From positions 102,054 to 137,079 of the forward strand of contig NW_005434523.1 in NCBI RefSeq assembly GCF_000315625.1: a DNA stretch of 35,026 bases, in the 5' to 3' direction. Origin of the DNA: Guillardia theta CCMP2712 (lineage: Eukaryota > Protista > Cryptophyta). The position numbers were made by a program, and so were the translations under genes. The notes below the pieces were generated by a model, which made no database searches, was not told the DNA's origin, and saw only the letters and a list, made by a program, of their open reading frames with translations. Positions 15,230 to 25,927 of this stretch are shown here, piece by piece. Every line of letters begins with the position of its first letter. Positions within the stretch are counted from its first letter, which is position 1.

Positions 15230-16319
15230 TCAAACTTCTCTCCTCTCTTCCAAACCTCAGAAGCCTCTCCGCAAGGGAGACCTCGTTGGATCAATCTCCG
15301 ATCCTCTTGCTCATCACTTCCAGTGGGCGGTGGTTGATGTTGCGATCACATGTTGACGGATCCTTCAAAGCAGCGTCATGGAAGGTGGAGTACAGCCATC
15401 TTGATTGTACATCTACATCATCACTCCTCCTCCTCCTCCTCCACCTCCTCCTCCTCCTCCTCCTCCTCTCCTACTGTCCCGCTCCCCGACAGGCTCTAAG
15501 GCCTAACCCTTGATTGTCCTCGTACTGATCTATTACTTAACTTTGAGTAAAGGACGGCTCTACCTCAGTGACGGTGATGCACGGACAGTCTGCCACCGGC
15601 CGTGACCGGGTCGGGCCCGCCCCCCGGTCACTGAAACTTAGGCGGAAGCAGGGCCGGGACGCCTTCTGGCCGATTTCACCCGATTTAACTTTGAGTAAAG
15701 ATACCCGATTTGGTTGGGGACCACTTTGTCACGGCAGTGCACCGTGCCAGAAATAAGTTCAGGATGAATTTGGCCTACGGCACACCGATTCGGATGTTCC
15801 CCACTCCGCCCTGCCCGTTGGAGGGGCGGAGTGTACCATAGTGGATCTCAACGGTAGAGTTCTGGTATCTAAGTACTCAAAGTTAAAAGGCTCAATCTGC
15901 CCTGGTCTAATTTTACTGCTCCCCGACTCCTTCGAACGGTCTCCCCGAGTCTACATTTTTAGTCACTCACTAGGGAACAGCGAGGGGCAGCAACTATCAA
16001 TTAGTGCAAAAGTGCTCGCTGACCTCTTGACTGCCCGAGTCCCTAGCCGAGGGTCTGCGGTCGTTCGCAAGGGGTCGCAAGGTAAGGGGATAGGTAGTAA
16101 AAGGGGCAATTGCCAGCAACTTTCAGACCGGGTACTTGTGGGTAAAAGGGGGGGTAGAAGGGTTATCCCCGCCTCCTTCAGACGCCTTTATATGTCGGAA
16201 AGCGCACAGGAATTTTTGCCCCGTTAATAAGTCCCTTTATTCGATCCTCCATCTCGTCCCAGCCTCCATCCTCCTCCCTTCTGCCCTCCTCTAAGCCAGC
16301 CGCACCCTCGTTCCTTTCC

Positions 16320-16736
16320 ATGGTGCCTCCTCCCTCCCTCTCTACCCTTCCATCCTCCTTCTCTGTCTCCCTCGTCAACCTCTCCTCCTCGATATCCTCC
16401 TCCCGCAGCCCTTCACCTTCCTTCAAGCTCTCCCCCTCCCAGCAAGCGTACTGCGACGCTCTCCCGCCCCAGCCCTCCTCCTGCTCCTCCTCTCCCTCCT
16501 GGACGTCCTCAGGCCCCGCCGCCAAGCCCGGCAAGGCTGTTCGCGTCCAGTCCGACGGCACGCAGCTCATGCGCGCTGTCATGGAGGCGAGGAAGCTCGC
16601 GGCAGGACGCGGTGGAGCGACCAAGCGACCAGCGATGGCATCCGAGAAGCGCTGGACAGAGCTGGAGAGCTTCGGAGGGTCATGGGAGGACGTGACGGCA
16701 GGGATGGAGGGGCTGCTGAGGGGAGGAGAAGCATAA
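16320..16736 (+). CDS. Unknown small protein, family A copy 1 (138 aa)
   Basis: ATG..TAA ORF with a GC3-rich core. Blocks FKLSPSQQAYCD, GPAAKPGK.RVQSDGT.LMR.V.EAR and SWEDVTA..EGLL are conserved in the other copies. Confidence 0.55.
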   Translation: MVPPPSLSTLPSSFSVSLVNLSSSISSSRSPSPSFKLSPSQQAYCDALPPQPSSCSSSPSWTSSGPAAKPGKAVRVQSDGTQLMRAVMEARKLAAGRGGATKRPAMASEKRWTELESFGGSWEDVTAGMEGLLRGGEA

Positions 16737-16964
16737 AGAGGGAGACCTGCGAGGGAGAGCTCAAGCTCTACTTAAGCATGCCATGATATGTGAGCACAAG
16801 ACAAAGACGCTAGCTAGCGTATAGGAATGAGACCTGAATGGCCGATGGATGCATGATATCGGTATGAATAGATCGCTAGGGTGATAGTAGCCTGTCTTCT
16901 ACCTCCCTTCTCCCCGCCCTCTCATTCTCCTCCCCCTCCCTGCAACCCTACACAAGTGCGGTGC

Positions 16965-17260
16965 TATCGGCGTGAGATGTGATAGGAGGTGAGGTAGGAT
17001 TCTCATTCGAGAGGGAATAAACGACTTGATATTCACTTCAACGATACATAGCATCATGCCTTGTTTGGTACATCATCGCAAACACTCTTGGGATCATCAC
17101 ATTCCTAAGTTCAACGCCTTGGAAACTACTGTAGCTCCCGCATGAACTTCGAGATTGGCTGGATTCACGACTAATCAGTTGTCAACTTTATTGATGATCA
17201 TCAGTGCTCAGTTTGAAGTCGATAGTGATTTGACCACCGAGATGACGGGCGGTCAGTCAG
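16965..17260 (+). pseudogene. Possible decayed non-LTR reverse transcriptase fragment
   Basis: The stop-interrupted frame NFEIGWIHD*SVVNFIDD (FIDD at 17187-17198) resembles the LINE RT domain-5 context. The first ~75 bp are repeated at ~18323-18395. Weak, motif-only evidence. Confidence 0.25.
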
Positions 17261-17696
17261 GGACCAACAGTGAGATACACTCTAGCTAGCGAAGCTACAA
17301 CGGCCAATGGTCAAAACCTCGAAATCACGACGACTCGTCCCGTCAGGTAGCCAACATGAGCGTTTTCGTATCTCAAGGCTGCAATGTTGTACAATTCATC
17401 TGTAAGGTCCGTGGGAGTCACGCTCAGGGTAGGGGTGTGATTTCCCTATCAAACGGGGGGGTGGGGTCCTATGACCTGTAAGGCAGACACTGGTGGGTAG
17501 TAAAACTGAATGCAAACTTCGGTGATGGGGTACTTTTCGGTTAAAAAAATGGGGGGGTAGTAGGGTGATCTGCCCCCTTCCCCAACACATCGATCATCGC
17601 CTTCACGCCTTGTTCCTCCTCCTCCTACTGCTTCCTTCCTCCTACTCCTTCCTTCTGTCCTCCCTGAAGTAGCCAGCTACAGCCTCGTCCCTTTCC

Positions 17697-18080
17697 ATGG
17701 CTCTTGCTTCCCCATCCTCCTCCCCTCCTCCTTCCTTCACTATCTCCCTCGTCAACGATTCTTCGTCCCGCCCCCCACCTTCCTTCAAGCTCTCCCCCTC
17801 CCAGCAAGCGTACTGCGACACTCTCTCGCCCTCCTCTCCCTCCTGGACGTCCTCAGGCCCCGCCGCCAAGCCCGGCAAGGGTGTTCGCGTCCAGTCCGAC
17901 GGCACGCAGCTCATGCGTGCTGTGATGGAGGCGAGGAAGCTCGCGGCAGGACGCGGCGGAGCGACAAGACGACCAGCGATGGCATCCGAGAAGCGCTGGA
18001 CAGAGCTGGAGAGCTTCGGGGGGTCATGGGAGGACGTGACGGCAGGGATGGAGGGGCTGCTGAGGGGAGGAGAAGCATAA
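17697..18080 (+). CDS. Unknown small protein, family A copy 2 (127 aa)
   Basis: Near-identical to copy 1 over the C-terminal 80 aa; indels in the N-terminal part keep the frame. Confidence 0.55.
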   Translation: MALASPSSSPPPSFTISLVNDSSSRPPPSFKLSPSQQAYCDTLSPSSPSWTSSGPAAKPGKGVRVQSDGTQLMRAVMEARKLAAGRGGATRRPAMASEKRWTELESFGGSWEDVTAGMEGLLRGGEA

Positions 18081-18319
18081 GGGGGAGATCTTGTTTATCC
18101 GTGTGCACAGCTCCGCATTGTCCACCCATAGCGAGCCTGTCAAGTCAGAAGTGATCGTGCCCGGGTCCAAAGGTGCATGCCAAGTGCCGGGTGCGATCTC
18201 TGTAACAAGAAACACAATCCTCTACCCCCCTCTTCCAGGGTCGCCCCATGCTCCTCGACGGTACTGCTGTCGCTGCTTCTGTTTCAAGAGACTCTGCGGG
18301 CCCTCAGTCACTAGACTAC

Positions 18320-19110
18320 GATATCAGCGTGAGATGTGATAGGAGGTGAGGTAGGATGCTCACTGGAGAGGGAATAAACGACTTGATGTTCACTTGACTA
18401 ACTTCACTCTGAACACACCCTCTCTGACACTGGCATCCTGCCGGAGCAGAGCAGGTGACGACCACAAGTCTTCTACATAACAATGTCGTAAGGATGGAGT
18501 TGTAGAGGCCTACATAGTCAGCATTCTCCTACGATTTCCCATGGCACCTCAGCTTGACTCAACAGGACTCGCAAATGAAACACAAAGCCTCGCAAAGGAC
18601 TAGTCTAGCGGGTTAGCCTAGACCTTTCCGTCTTAAATCGGAGGATAATTACCCTGGTCGCCCGACGCGTTCCACCGGCCACTGTCCTAGTAAAGAGACT
18701 GAACCAAAGCTCAGGCGCAGGATGCTGACATCCCCGTGTTTGTGTGTGACTTCCTGACATCCGATGTGCTACTTCAGAAACTCGTGATGTTGCAAACACA
18801 AGGCGGAAGCAGGACCCCTCTTGCGAAGCTGATGATGCTTACACGTGACCGTGATAGCCTGCTGGCAGCAATGAGGGTGCGGTCCCTAGTGCAGCTCCTC
18901 AGATCGTCCTCATTGGTTGCATCCTCGATGCTGAGCGAAGGACGTGGTACTCCTATCAGGCCTGCCATACAACTTCTTCCCATGAGCTTGACGGTTCAAC
19001 GGTTCCTTGATCCGAGCATGGCACCATTGGCGGCTGTGACCCCCAACTATGATATCAGGATCCTTGAAGCCGGGGTCTGCTCTCCCTTGCCTTATCCGCA
19101 CGACTAATAA
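18320..19110 (+). pseudogene. Degenerate repeated sequence, possibly a retroelement relic
   Basis: Lower GC with broken ORFs. 18875-18957 has an inverted homologue at ~21515-21595. LVMLQTQGGSRTPL...LLAAMRVRSLVQLL loosely resembles the post-RT region of LINE ORF2. Confidence 0.3.
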
Positions 19111-19884
19111 TCTACATCTTAACCCTTTGCGTAAAGAGCGAGTAAATCGAATCATGATCCGTCTCCAGGCGCCGGGCATCGGATGACTCGCAGACACGGT
19201 GGCATCCGACAGCAAGTCATCATCCGAGTTCGGGCCCGTAGCCCGGGCTCAGGCTCGGACTCCGGGAGTTCCCCGGGCGGCGGCTCCCGCAGCGCGGCCA
19301 CCGTGGCCACGGTGGCCCGGCGGCCGGGCCGCCGTCCGACGCCGATGATCGCGGCCCGGGCCCGGGCTCGGAGCCGCTCCGCCCGGGGCCCCGCCGGGCC
19401 GGGCGGTCGCGACCGTACCGCGCGGCAGCCTGGCCGCGTGCTCCGCCGCCAGGGGGGCCGCGAGCCGCAACGAAACTTGACGCTTTAGTGTTGTAAACCG
19501 TTGAACGAAACGATGTGTACATTGGAAACAAGATCCGATCATCGTGTCGTAAAGCTGTGTACCACATAACTATCAGTCAAAGCACGATGACTAATAAGTT
19601 GTACTCGGTCAAGTTGGGCCGGGCCGGCGGAATCTGAGTTGAGACTCTTTGTGAGTCTTAGGGGCTGTAAACTTGCCATGATGGTTCGAAAGGTACCGGT
19701 CCTTTTCTCTTTCTTGAGAGGGGTGTCAGTTTGATCGGCCCGAACATCGGAAGAGCAATACCCCACCCGGCAAAGTCCAAGGAATTTCTGGGAGAAGCAG
19801 GGGTACTATCGGGTACAGTGACGGATAAGACCGGATTACCTGTACATACACTTGTACCCCAAGGAACCGATCCAAGGAGGGGCC

Positions 19885-20320
19885 ATGCAAGCTCCGGCTG
19901 CTCCCCTCCCTCCCCCTCACTCCTTCTCTGTCTCCCATATCAACCTCTCCTTCTCCTCTTCCCCTCCTCCCTCCTCTTCGGCCCGGCCCTGCCCCTCGTT
20001 CAAGCTCTCCCCCTCCCAGAAAGCCTATTGCAACGCTCTCTCCCTCCCGCCCCTCTCCCACCTTCCCTCCCCCTCAGCAGCCCCTCCGTCCCTGCCGTCA
20101 CGTCCTCCCATGACCCCCCAAAGCTCTCCCATCCTGTCCAGCTCAGGTCGGATCCCGTCGCTGGCCGCCTTGTCGCTCCACCGCGTCCTGCCGCGAGCTT
20201 CCTCGCCTCCATGACAGCGCGCATGAGCTGCGTGCCGTCGGACTGGACGCGCAAAGCGTTGCCAGGCTTGGCTGCATGGCCCGGGGAGGAGGAAGAGGAG
20301 GGGAGAGGAGCAGGAGAGTG
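19885..20320. pseudogene. Family A copy 3, with its 3' half inverted
   Basis: The 5' half (…FKLSPSQKAYCNAL) reads on plus to ~20040. The 3' half (RVQSDGTQLMRAVMEARK…SWEDVTAGTEGLLRG) reads on minus from ~20285 to 20065. Confidence 0.8.
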
Positions 20321-20389
20321 CGAGAAAGGAGGTATACATCATCGCTCAGACTAGGCTCTTTCTATAAATCACGCAACTCAACGGAGCTC

Positions 20390-21720
20390 TTTTCAAAATA
20401 GCTTCTTCCAAGGTGGAGCTTGCTCACCACAGCCGAGCCTCGCGACAGCAGCTGCTACCATGGTACGCATCGGAACCCAAGTTTCCATCAGTAGACGTCT
20501 GCAACCTGTAAAGCTTCGGGGTGTGATTGTGTGTTGCGTTGCTACCTGATGTCTTGAAAGAAGCACACAGAAGATAGCGACTGCGTGAGGCTTGTTGACT
20601 TCCAAAGGACCAAGGAAACAACAAGAATCCTATTATATCACACATTCTTCCTCTGCTTCCCATGGAATTTACCACAAGTCAGCATCAAGTCGTTTAACCT
20701 CACATCTGTTTACTTTGGTAATCTGTTAGAACAAAATCTCGACTGCCGGTGACCTGTTGGACCCTCTGCCTACAGCACTGCTGCTGACATCAGTCGTCGC
20801 GTGGATCCTCCTCCAGCATCGTCTTTCAGCTTGTGCCGCCATTTTTGCTTGTGCGTGCGAGCGTGCAGACGTCGTTGCAGCCGCCAGTCTCCACCCCTTG
20901 ATGCTCCCGATAGAAGAGGGGTAGCTTCATCACGATGGGTTGGAACTCCAAATCTGCGATGGAATTCAGCATCAAATTACAGGTGCTCAAGGGACAATTG
21001 AAATCTTGTCGGAGTATTCTTCTTTCTGGAGTTCAACATTCTTTCTCATCTACAGCGAACGCACAAGGTACCTCCGCTGGATCGCACACAAAGGTGAAGT
21101 GTAGTGATGTCGAGTTTACCAGCTATGCTAGATCAGCGTGGTGTAATACAATATGAGGAGAGAACAGACCCTTCTAGCTGAAGACGCTGATCGTTACATA
21201 GGCTAAGGGAAGGACTCGGGGTAGTGCTCCTTGCTTCACGAGCACCATCTCATGGAGAGTCTTCTCAGCGACTTTGTTGACTCAAAGCTAACGATTTTCT
21301 TACAGGGCTGCCCCTACCGTCAGAGTCTAGCAGAGCATAGTCACAGTGCAGTTACAGCTGATTGAAACCGGCTCTCTCCAGATGCAAGCCTGACTTAGCT
21401 GCAACAGAAAGGCAGTGTAGTGTATACTGATGGCTACTTGGCTGTGAGCTCTACTCTGACAACAGAACAAGGCACTGCCAGATATCTAGGACCCGTGGTG
21501 TGGCACTGTTCTGAGGATAGGAGTACCACATCCCTCGCTCATCGAGGATGCAACCGCTGATGATGAAATGAAGAGCTGCACCTTCCTAGGGACCCCATTA
21601 AGGTCTGTGAACTTTCAACAAGTCCATCATGTGGATTTTGATGCTCTTGAATCTCGAGCAGTCTGGTCCGAAAGTTTTCTCAGAGGCCATTCATTGGGTT
21701 GTACTGAGGCGGGCTGTCAG
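20390..21720. pseudogene. Degenerate repeated sequence related to 18320-19110 (inverted segments)
   Basis: Reverse-complement matches to 18375-18397 (at ~20677-20695) and to 18875-18957 (at ~21515-21595); no intact ORF. Confidence 0.35.
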
Positions 21721-22510
21721 TGAAGACTTACAATGCGTCACTCACATCCGGGCCGGCGTCTTTCGTCCGTAACGGCCCCGGGCCGGCCCGTAAGGCTCCG
21801 GGGCGAGTACCGTCAGGCTCCCGGAGTCGCAGCGGGGACCGAACTGCAAGCTAGCACCGACTGAGTCCCTCAGGCGCTCCTCCGGGCGCTCAGGCTGCGA
21901 CCTGTCCTGCGACTGACGAGGGGAGGTGCCTGTAGTAAAGATCGGAGTACATTTAAAGCCTCTCAGCGGTCTCCGAAGAGGTCGGACGAGGTACGGTACT
22001 ACTGAGAAGTACGCAAGAGTACCAGAGGGTACGGGGCCAGTACAACTTCAGGTACGGCTAAATTAAGTCAACTCGATTATAATCAACTTTTCTGTAAGAC
22101 TCTTCGTGGTCCTTTACGACAGCACGTCCCTGGAATTCAAGGGAGGGCCAACCATAGTCCTCCTCCTCTGCCCCCCCCCACCACCGCCTGCTTCTCCTTC
22201 CTGCTTCTCCTCTTCCAGCCTCGTCCTCCACCACCACCACCACCGCCGCCGCCGCCTGCTTTTCCTTCCTCCTCCTCCAGCCTCCTCCTGCTTCTCCTCC
22301 TCCTCCTGCTCCTCCAGCCTCCCCCTCCTCTTCTCTGTCCCCTCCTCCTCCTGCTCCTCTACCTTCTCCACCACCTGCTTCTCCTTCCTTCTCCTGCTCC
22401 TCCTGCTCCTCCTGCTCCTCCTGCTCCTCCTCTCTGTCCCCTCCTGCTCCTCGTCCTCTACAACCACTACTACCACTACAACCACTACCACCGCGCGATC
22501 AGTTTCATCC

Positions 22511-22680
22511 ATGCCGCCTCCACTCTCCTCGTGTTCTCCCTCCCCGCCCTCCTTCTCTATCTCCCTCGTCGACCTCTCCTTCTCTTCCTCGTGCCGACCT
22601 GAGCTGGACTGGATGGGAGATCTTCGGGGGGTCATGGGAGGACGTGACGACAGGGACGGAGCGGCTGCTGAGGGGAGGAA
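22511..22680 (+). pseudogene. Family A copy 4, internally deleted and frameshifted
   Basis: MPPP…SFSISLVDLSFSSS is joined directly to the GGGTCATGGGAGGACGTGAC (SWEDVT) segment in a shifted frame; the central block is missing. Confidence 0.75.
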
Positions 22681-23841
22681 AAGGCGGAGAGGAGGAGGAG
22701 AGCTCTAGGAAAAGGGCGAAATGAAAGGCAGACGGAGCTTGACAGCCGGTAGAGGGGAAGAAAATAAGGGGGGACGACGTATCATTTCAGCTTTGAACCG
22801 CTCGCGTACATCCCCTGCTGTTATGGTTTGCGGTGTAAGCTACCAATTCATATCTTGCTCGATGGCTTTCTTCTCATCGCCTCCTGATTGAATCCTGATG
22901 TTGATATTCATCTCTCCTTCCATGGCAAATTTCATAGATAAAACTTTGTGTGTATCGTCTCCTCCTCCTCTTCCTCGCATCTCCACGTCCACCAATCATC
23001 ATATCCCTCTCCACCATCTCCATCTCCATCTTCATCTCCATCTCCATCTCCATCTTCATCATACTTTGATGATACCTTAGTCAGGATATCAGCTTCCATT
23101 ATCATTTTCTCTTTCTCGATCTCAAACCTCTATGAAACTTCGGACGAACTAGGCCCAGTACGACCGAAGAACCTTGTCAACTAAGTTCGTAACACTCACT
23201 GTCCGCTACTATAGTCGCTCAGTAGCGCGGCGGTCACATGATCGGAATAATCACTCTGCTGCATCCTTCCGCTGAGCACACTGAAGAATACCGTATACCT
23301 CTCACTCTACTGCATTACTCTACCTGTACTCTATGATGTACTCTGAAGTATACCGAATACTTGCATCCGACTCTGAAGTAGCAGCAGGAGCAGCAGCAGG
23401 AGAGCTCCATGTAGTGTATATAGCGTCAATGAAGTACCAACTCAACCATCTCCTCCCTATGCTCACAGTCTCCGGGCCTTGCTTCTCCTCCTCGCTCTCC
23501 CCTCCGCTTACGATCCTGAGCCCGGAGGGGCGATGACGGGCCTCCGCTCATCCAGCGCCTCCTCTGCCATCTCATCCTACCTCACACCCTCCTCACCCCG
23601 ACGCCGTCGCCTTCCCTCCCTCCCCCTCCTCCGCATCGCGCTGCATGACCTTGTCTCCTCCCTTCCGCCCTCTCTCTCCCTCCTTCTTCTTCTCCTCCTC
23701 CCGCTCTCCTCCCGCTCTCCTCCGACGCATGTCTCGGACATATCAGCAATTTATTCCTCGCCTACACCTTGCACGTACTCCCTCCTCTACTCTACATCGC
23801 CTCCTCTCCTCGTCCTCTCCTCCTGGGCGTCTTGGCCGGCT

Positions 23842-24216
23842 TTACTCCCTCCCTCCTCCCTCCTCCAGCAGCCCTTCCGTCGCCGCCGTCACGTCCTCCC
23901 ACGACCTCCTGTGGCTCTTCTCCCCCGCCCACACCGCCTTCCCCCGCCTAGCCGCGATCCTCCTCCTCGCCTCCGTCACTTCGCGCATGAGCTCTGTCCC
24001 GTCTGACTGGACGCGCAGAGCCTTGCCGGGCTTGGCGGCGGGGCCCTGGAAAGGGGAAGAAGAGCACATGCACGAAGAGGAGCGATGCAGGGGCCAGCGT
24101 GCGTCGCAGTAGGCTTGCTGGGAGGGGGAGAGCTTGAAGACGGGGGCAGGGCGAGAGGAGGAGAAGGAGAGGTCGACGAGGGAGATAGACAAGGAGGAGG
24201 GGGGAGGCATGAGCAT
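23842..24216 (-). CDS. Family A copy 5 (cassette 1), ~124 aa
   Basis: MLMPPP…FKLSPSQQAYCD…RVQSDGTELMREVTEAR…SWEDVTAATEGLL…stop, in the same frame as copies 1 and 2. Confidence 0.55.
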   Translation of the reverse strand: MLMPPPSSLSISLVDLSFSSSRPAPVFKLSPSQQAYCDARWPLHRSSSCMCSSSPFQGPAAKPGKALRVQSDGTELMREVTEARRRIAARRGKAVWAGEKSHRRSWEDVTAATEGLLEEGGGRE

Positions 24217-24919
24217 ACAGAGACGCGGAGGAGCGGGAGGACGAGGATGAGGATAAGGACGAGAACGAGATGTATCCGCCAAGACCTCTGGGAGGATACA
24301 AGGATACAGTTATGATGGTTTCCACCCAAACATTGCGTGTTGAGATCCTTGCACATTGACCGCACCGGTATCCGTGACCACGATACAAGATGGGACTTTG
24401 CGCCTCGTGTCAGCTTCGGAGAGCATATCTGCTCTAAAACACTTGTACCGGCTCGACCAGTAACTCCGAGCATATCGCACCTGTCCAGATGGTTCGAACG
24501 CAACTCTCCGTGGGGAGTATGGCTCTGACTGTCAGAAATGCAACCCCTCGTCGGGCTCATGGTCCACTGGTATCCGAGACCACCTCGCTTCAGAGCTTAC
24601 CAGTCGCAGGCGTTGCCTGTCAAAACGCAGCTCCTCGTCGGGGATACCCCTCCCCAAACGTTGCGTACTGAGACCTTCCCTCCCTACTTTACCCCACAGC
24701 CCCTCCCCTCCCTCCCACGCTTCCCTCCCCACATCCACGACCATCCCCTCTTCATTCCCTCCTCCTCCCTGGACGTCTCCCTCTCCTACCCCCTCCCTTC
24801 TCATGACCTCTGCCGCCCTCCTCCCCGCCGACCCCAACCGTCAGACAAGCCTCCATGCCTCGCCTCCCTGGACTCCTCGTCCCTGCCGCCCGTCCCTGCC
24901 GCCTCCCCGAGGGCTCCCC

Positions 24920-25185
24920 GACCTCCCCGTCCATCTCCCCCGCCGGCCNNNNNNNNNNNNNNNNNNNNNNNNNNNNNNNNNNNNNNNNNNNNNNNNNNNN
25001 NNNNNNNNNNNNNNNNNNNNNNNNNNNNNNNNNNNNNNNNNNNNNNNNCGACCGGCAGGACCATGAGCCGGTCCATCGACGCGAGGGGCAACTTCCTCGT
25101 CTCCCCGCCGAGCCGCTGCGGTCAGGCAGACCTCGAGGGCTGCGTCCTCATCAGCGCGGACGCGAGCAAGGGCTCGCGGAGGTAG
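24920..25185 (+). CDS. Family B unknown ORF, cassette 1 (spans a gap; start undefined)
   Basis: 3' part TGRTMSRSIDARGNFLVSPPSRCGQADLEGCVLISADASKGSRR* is identical to the other copies. Confidence 0.4.
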
Positions 25186-25609
25186 CGCCCGACGACTCCG
25201 AGCCTCACCAGCCAGCAGAAGCAGGAGCAGCAGCAGCAGGAGGACTGAGAGGGATGCGCAGGACGGGTAGAGGTAGCGGCAGCCCCCCAGGCACGCACGG
25301 GCCCGAGCTGAGCCAGCTCCATGTAGTGTATCTAGCGTCAATGAAGTACCAACTCAACCATCTCCTCCCCATGCCTACAGTCTCCGGGCCTTGCTTCTCC
25401 TCCTCCCTCTCCCCTCTGCTTACGATCCTCAGCCCGGAGGGGCGATGACGGGCCTCCGCTCATCCAGCGCCTCCTCTGCCATCAATCCCATGCGTTCTCC
25501 CTCGTTCTTCTCCCGCCCTCCTCCCGCTCTCCTCCCGCTCTCCTCCGACGCATGTCTCGGACATATCAGCAATTTATTCCTCGCCTACACCTTGCACGTA
25601 CTCCCTCCT

Positions 25610-25927
25610 CTACTCTACATCGCCTCCTCTCCTTGTCCTCCCCGCCCACACCGCCTTCCCCCGCCTAGCCGCGATCCTCCTCCTCGCCTCCGTCACTTCG
25701 CGCATGAGCTCTGTCCCGTCTGACTGGACGCGCAGAGCCTTGCCGGGCTTGGCGGCGGGGCCCTGGAAAGGGGAAGAAGAGCACATGCACGAAGAGGAGC
25801 GATGCAGGGGCCAGCGTGCGTCGCAGTAGGCTTGCTGGGAGGGGGAGAGCTTGAAGACGGGGGCAGGGCGAGAGGAGGAGAAGGAGAGGTCGACGAGGGA
25901 GATAGACAAGGAGGAGGGGGGAGGCAT
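25610..25927 (-). CDS. Family A copy 6 (cassette 2), C-terminal SWEDVT block deleted
   Basis: Identical core to copy 5; a deletion after AVWAG changes the C-terminus. Confidence 0.45.
   Translation of the reverse strand: MPPPSSLSISLVDLSFSSSRPAPVFKLSPSQQAYCDARWPLHRSSSCMCSSSPFQGPAAKPGKALRVQSDGTELMREVTEARRRIAARRGKAVWAGRTRRGGDVE

Noticed and set aside
20393-20605. HTITPRSF… as a tyrosine-recombinase H-x-x-R box (DIRS or Crypton)
   Set aside because: The catalytic Arg/His/Tyr pattern is not actually present.
23428-23536. Third cassette ORF MKYQLNHLLPM…SPEGR
   Set aside because: Only ~35 aa with weak codon bias, and the stop is lost in one copy; conservation is explained by recent duplication.
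24485-24520. GGTTCGAAC, a possible tRNA T-loop or Pol III B-box in each cassette
   Set aside because: No T-stem pairing, cloverleaf or convincing A-box on either strand, so no tRNA or SINE is called.
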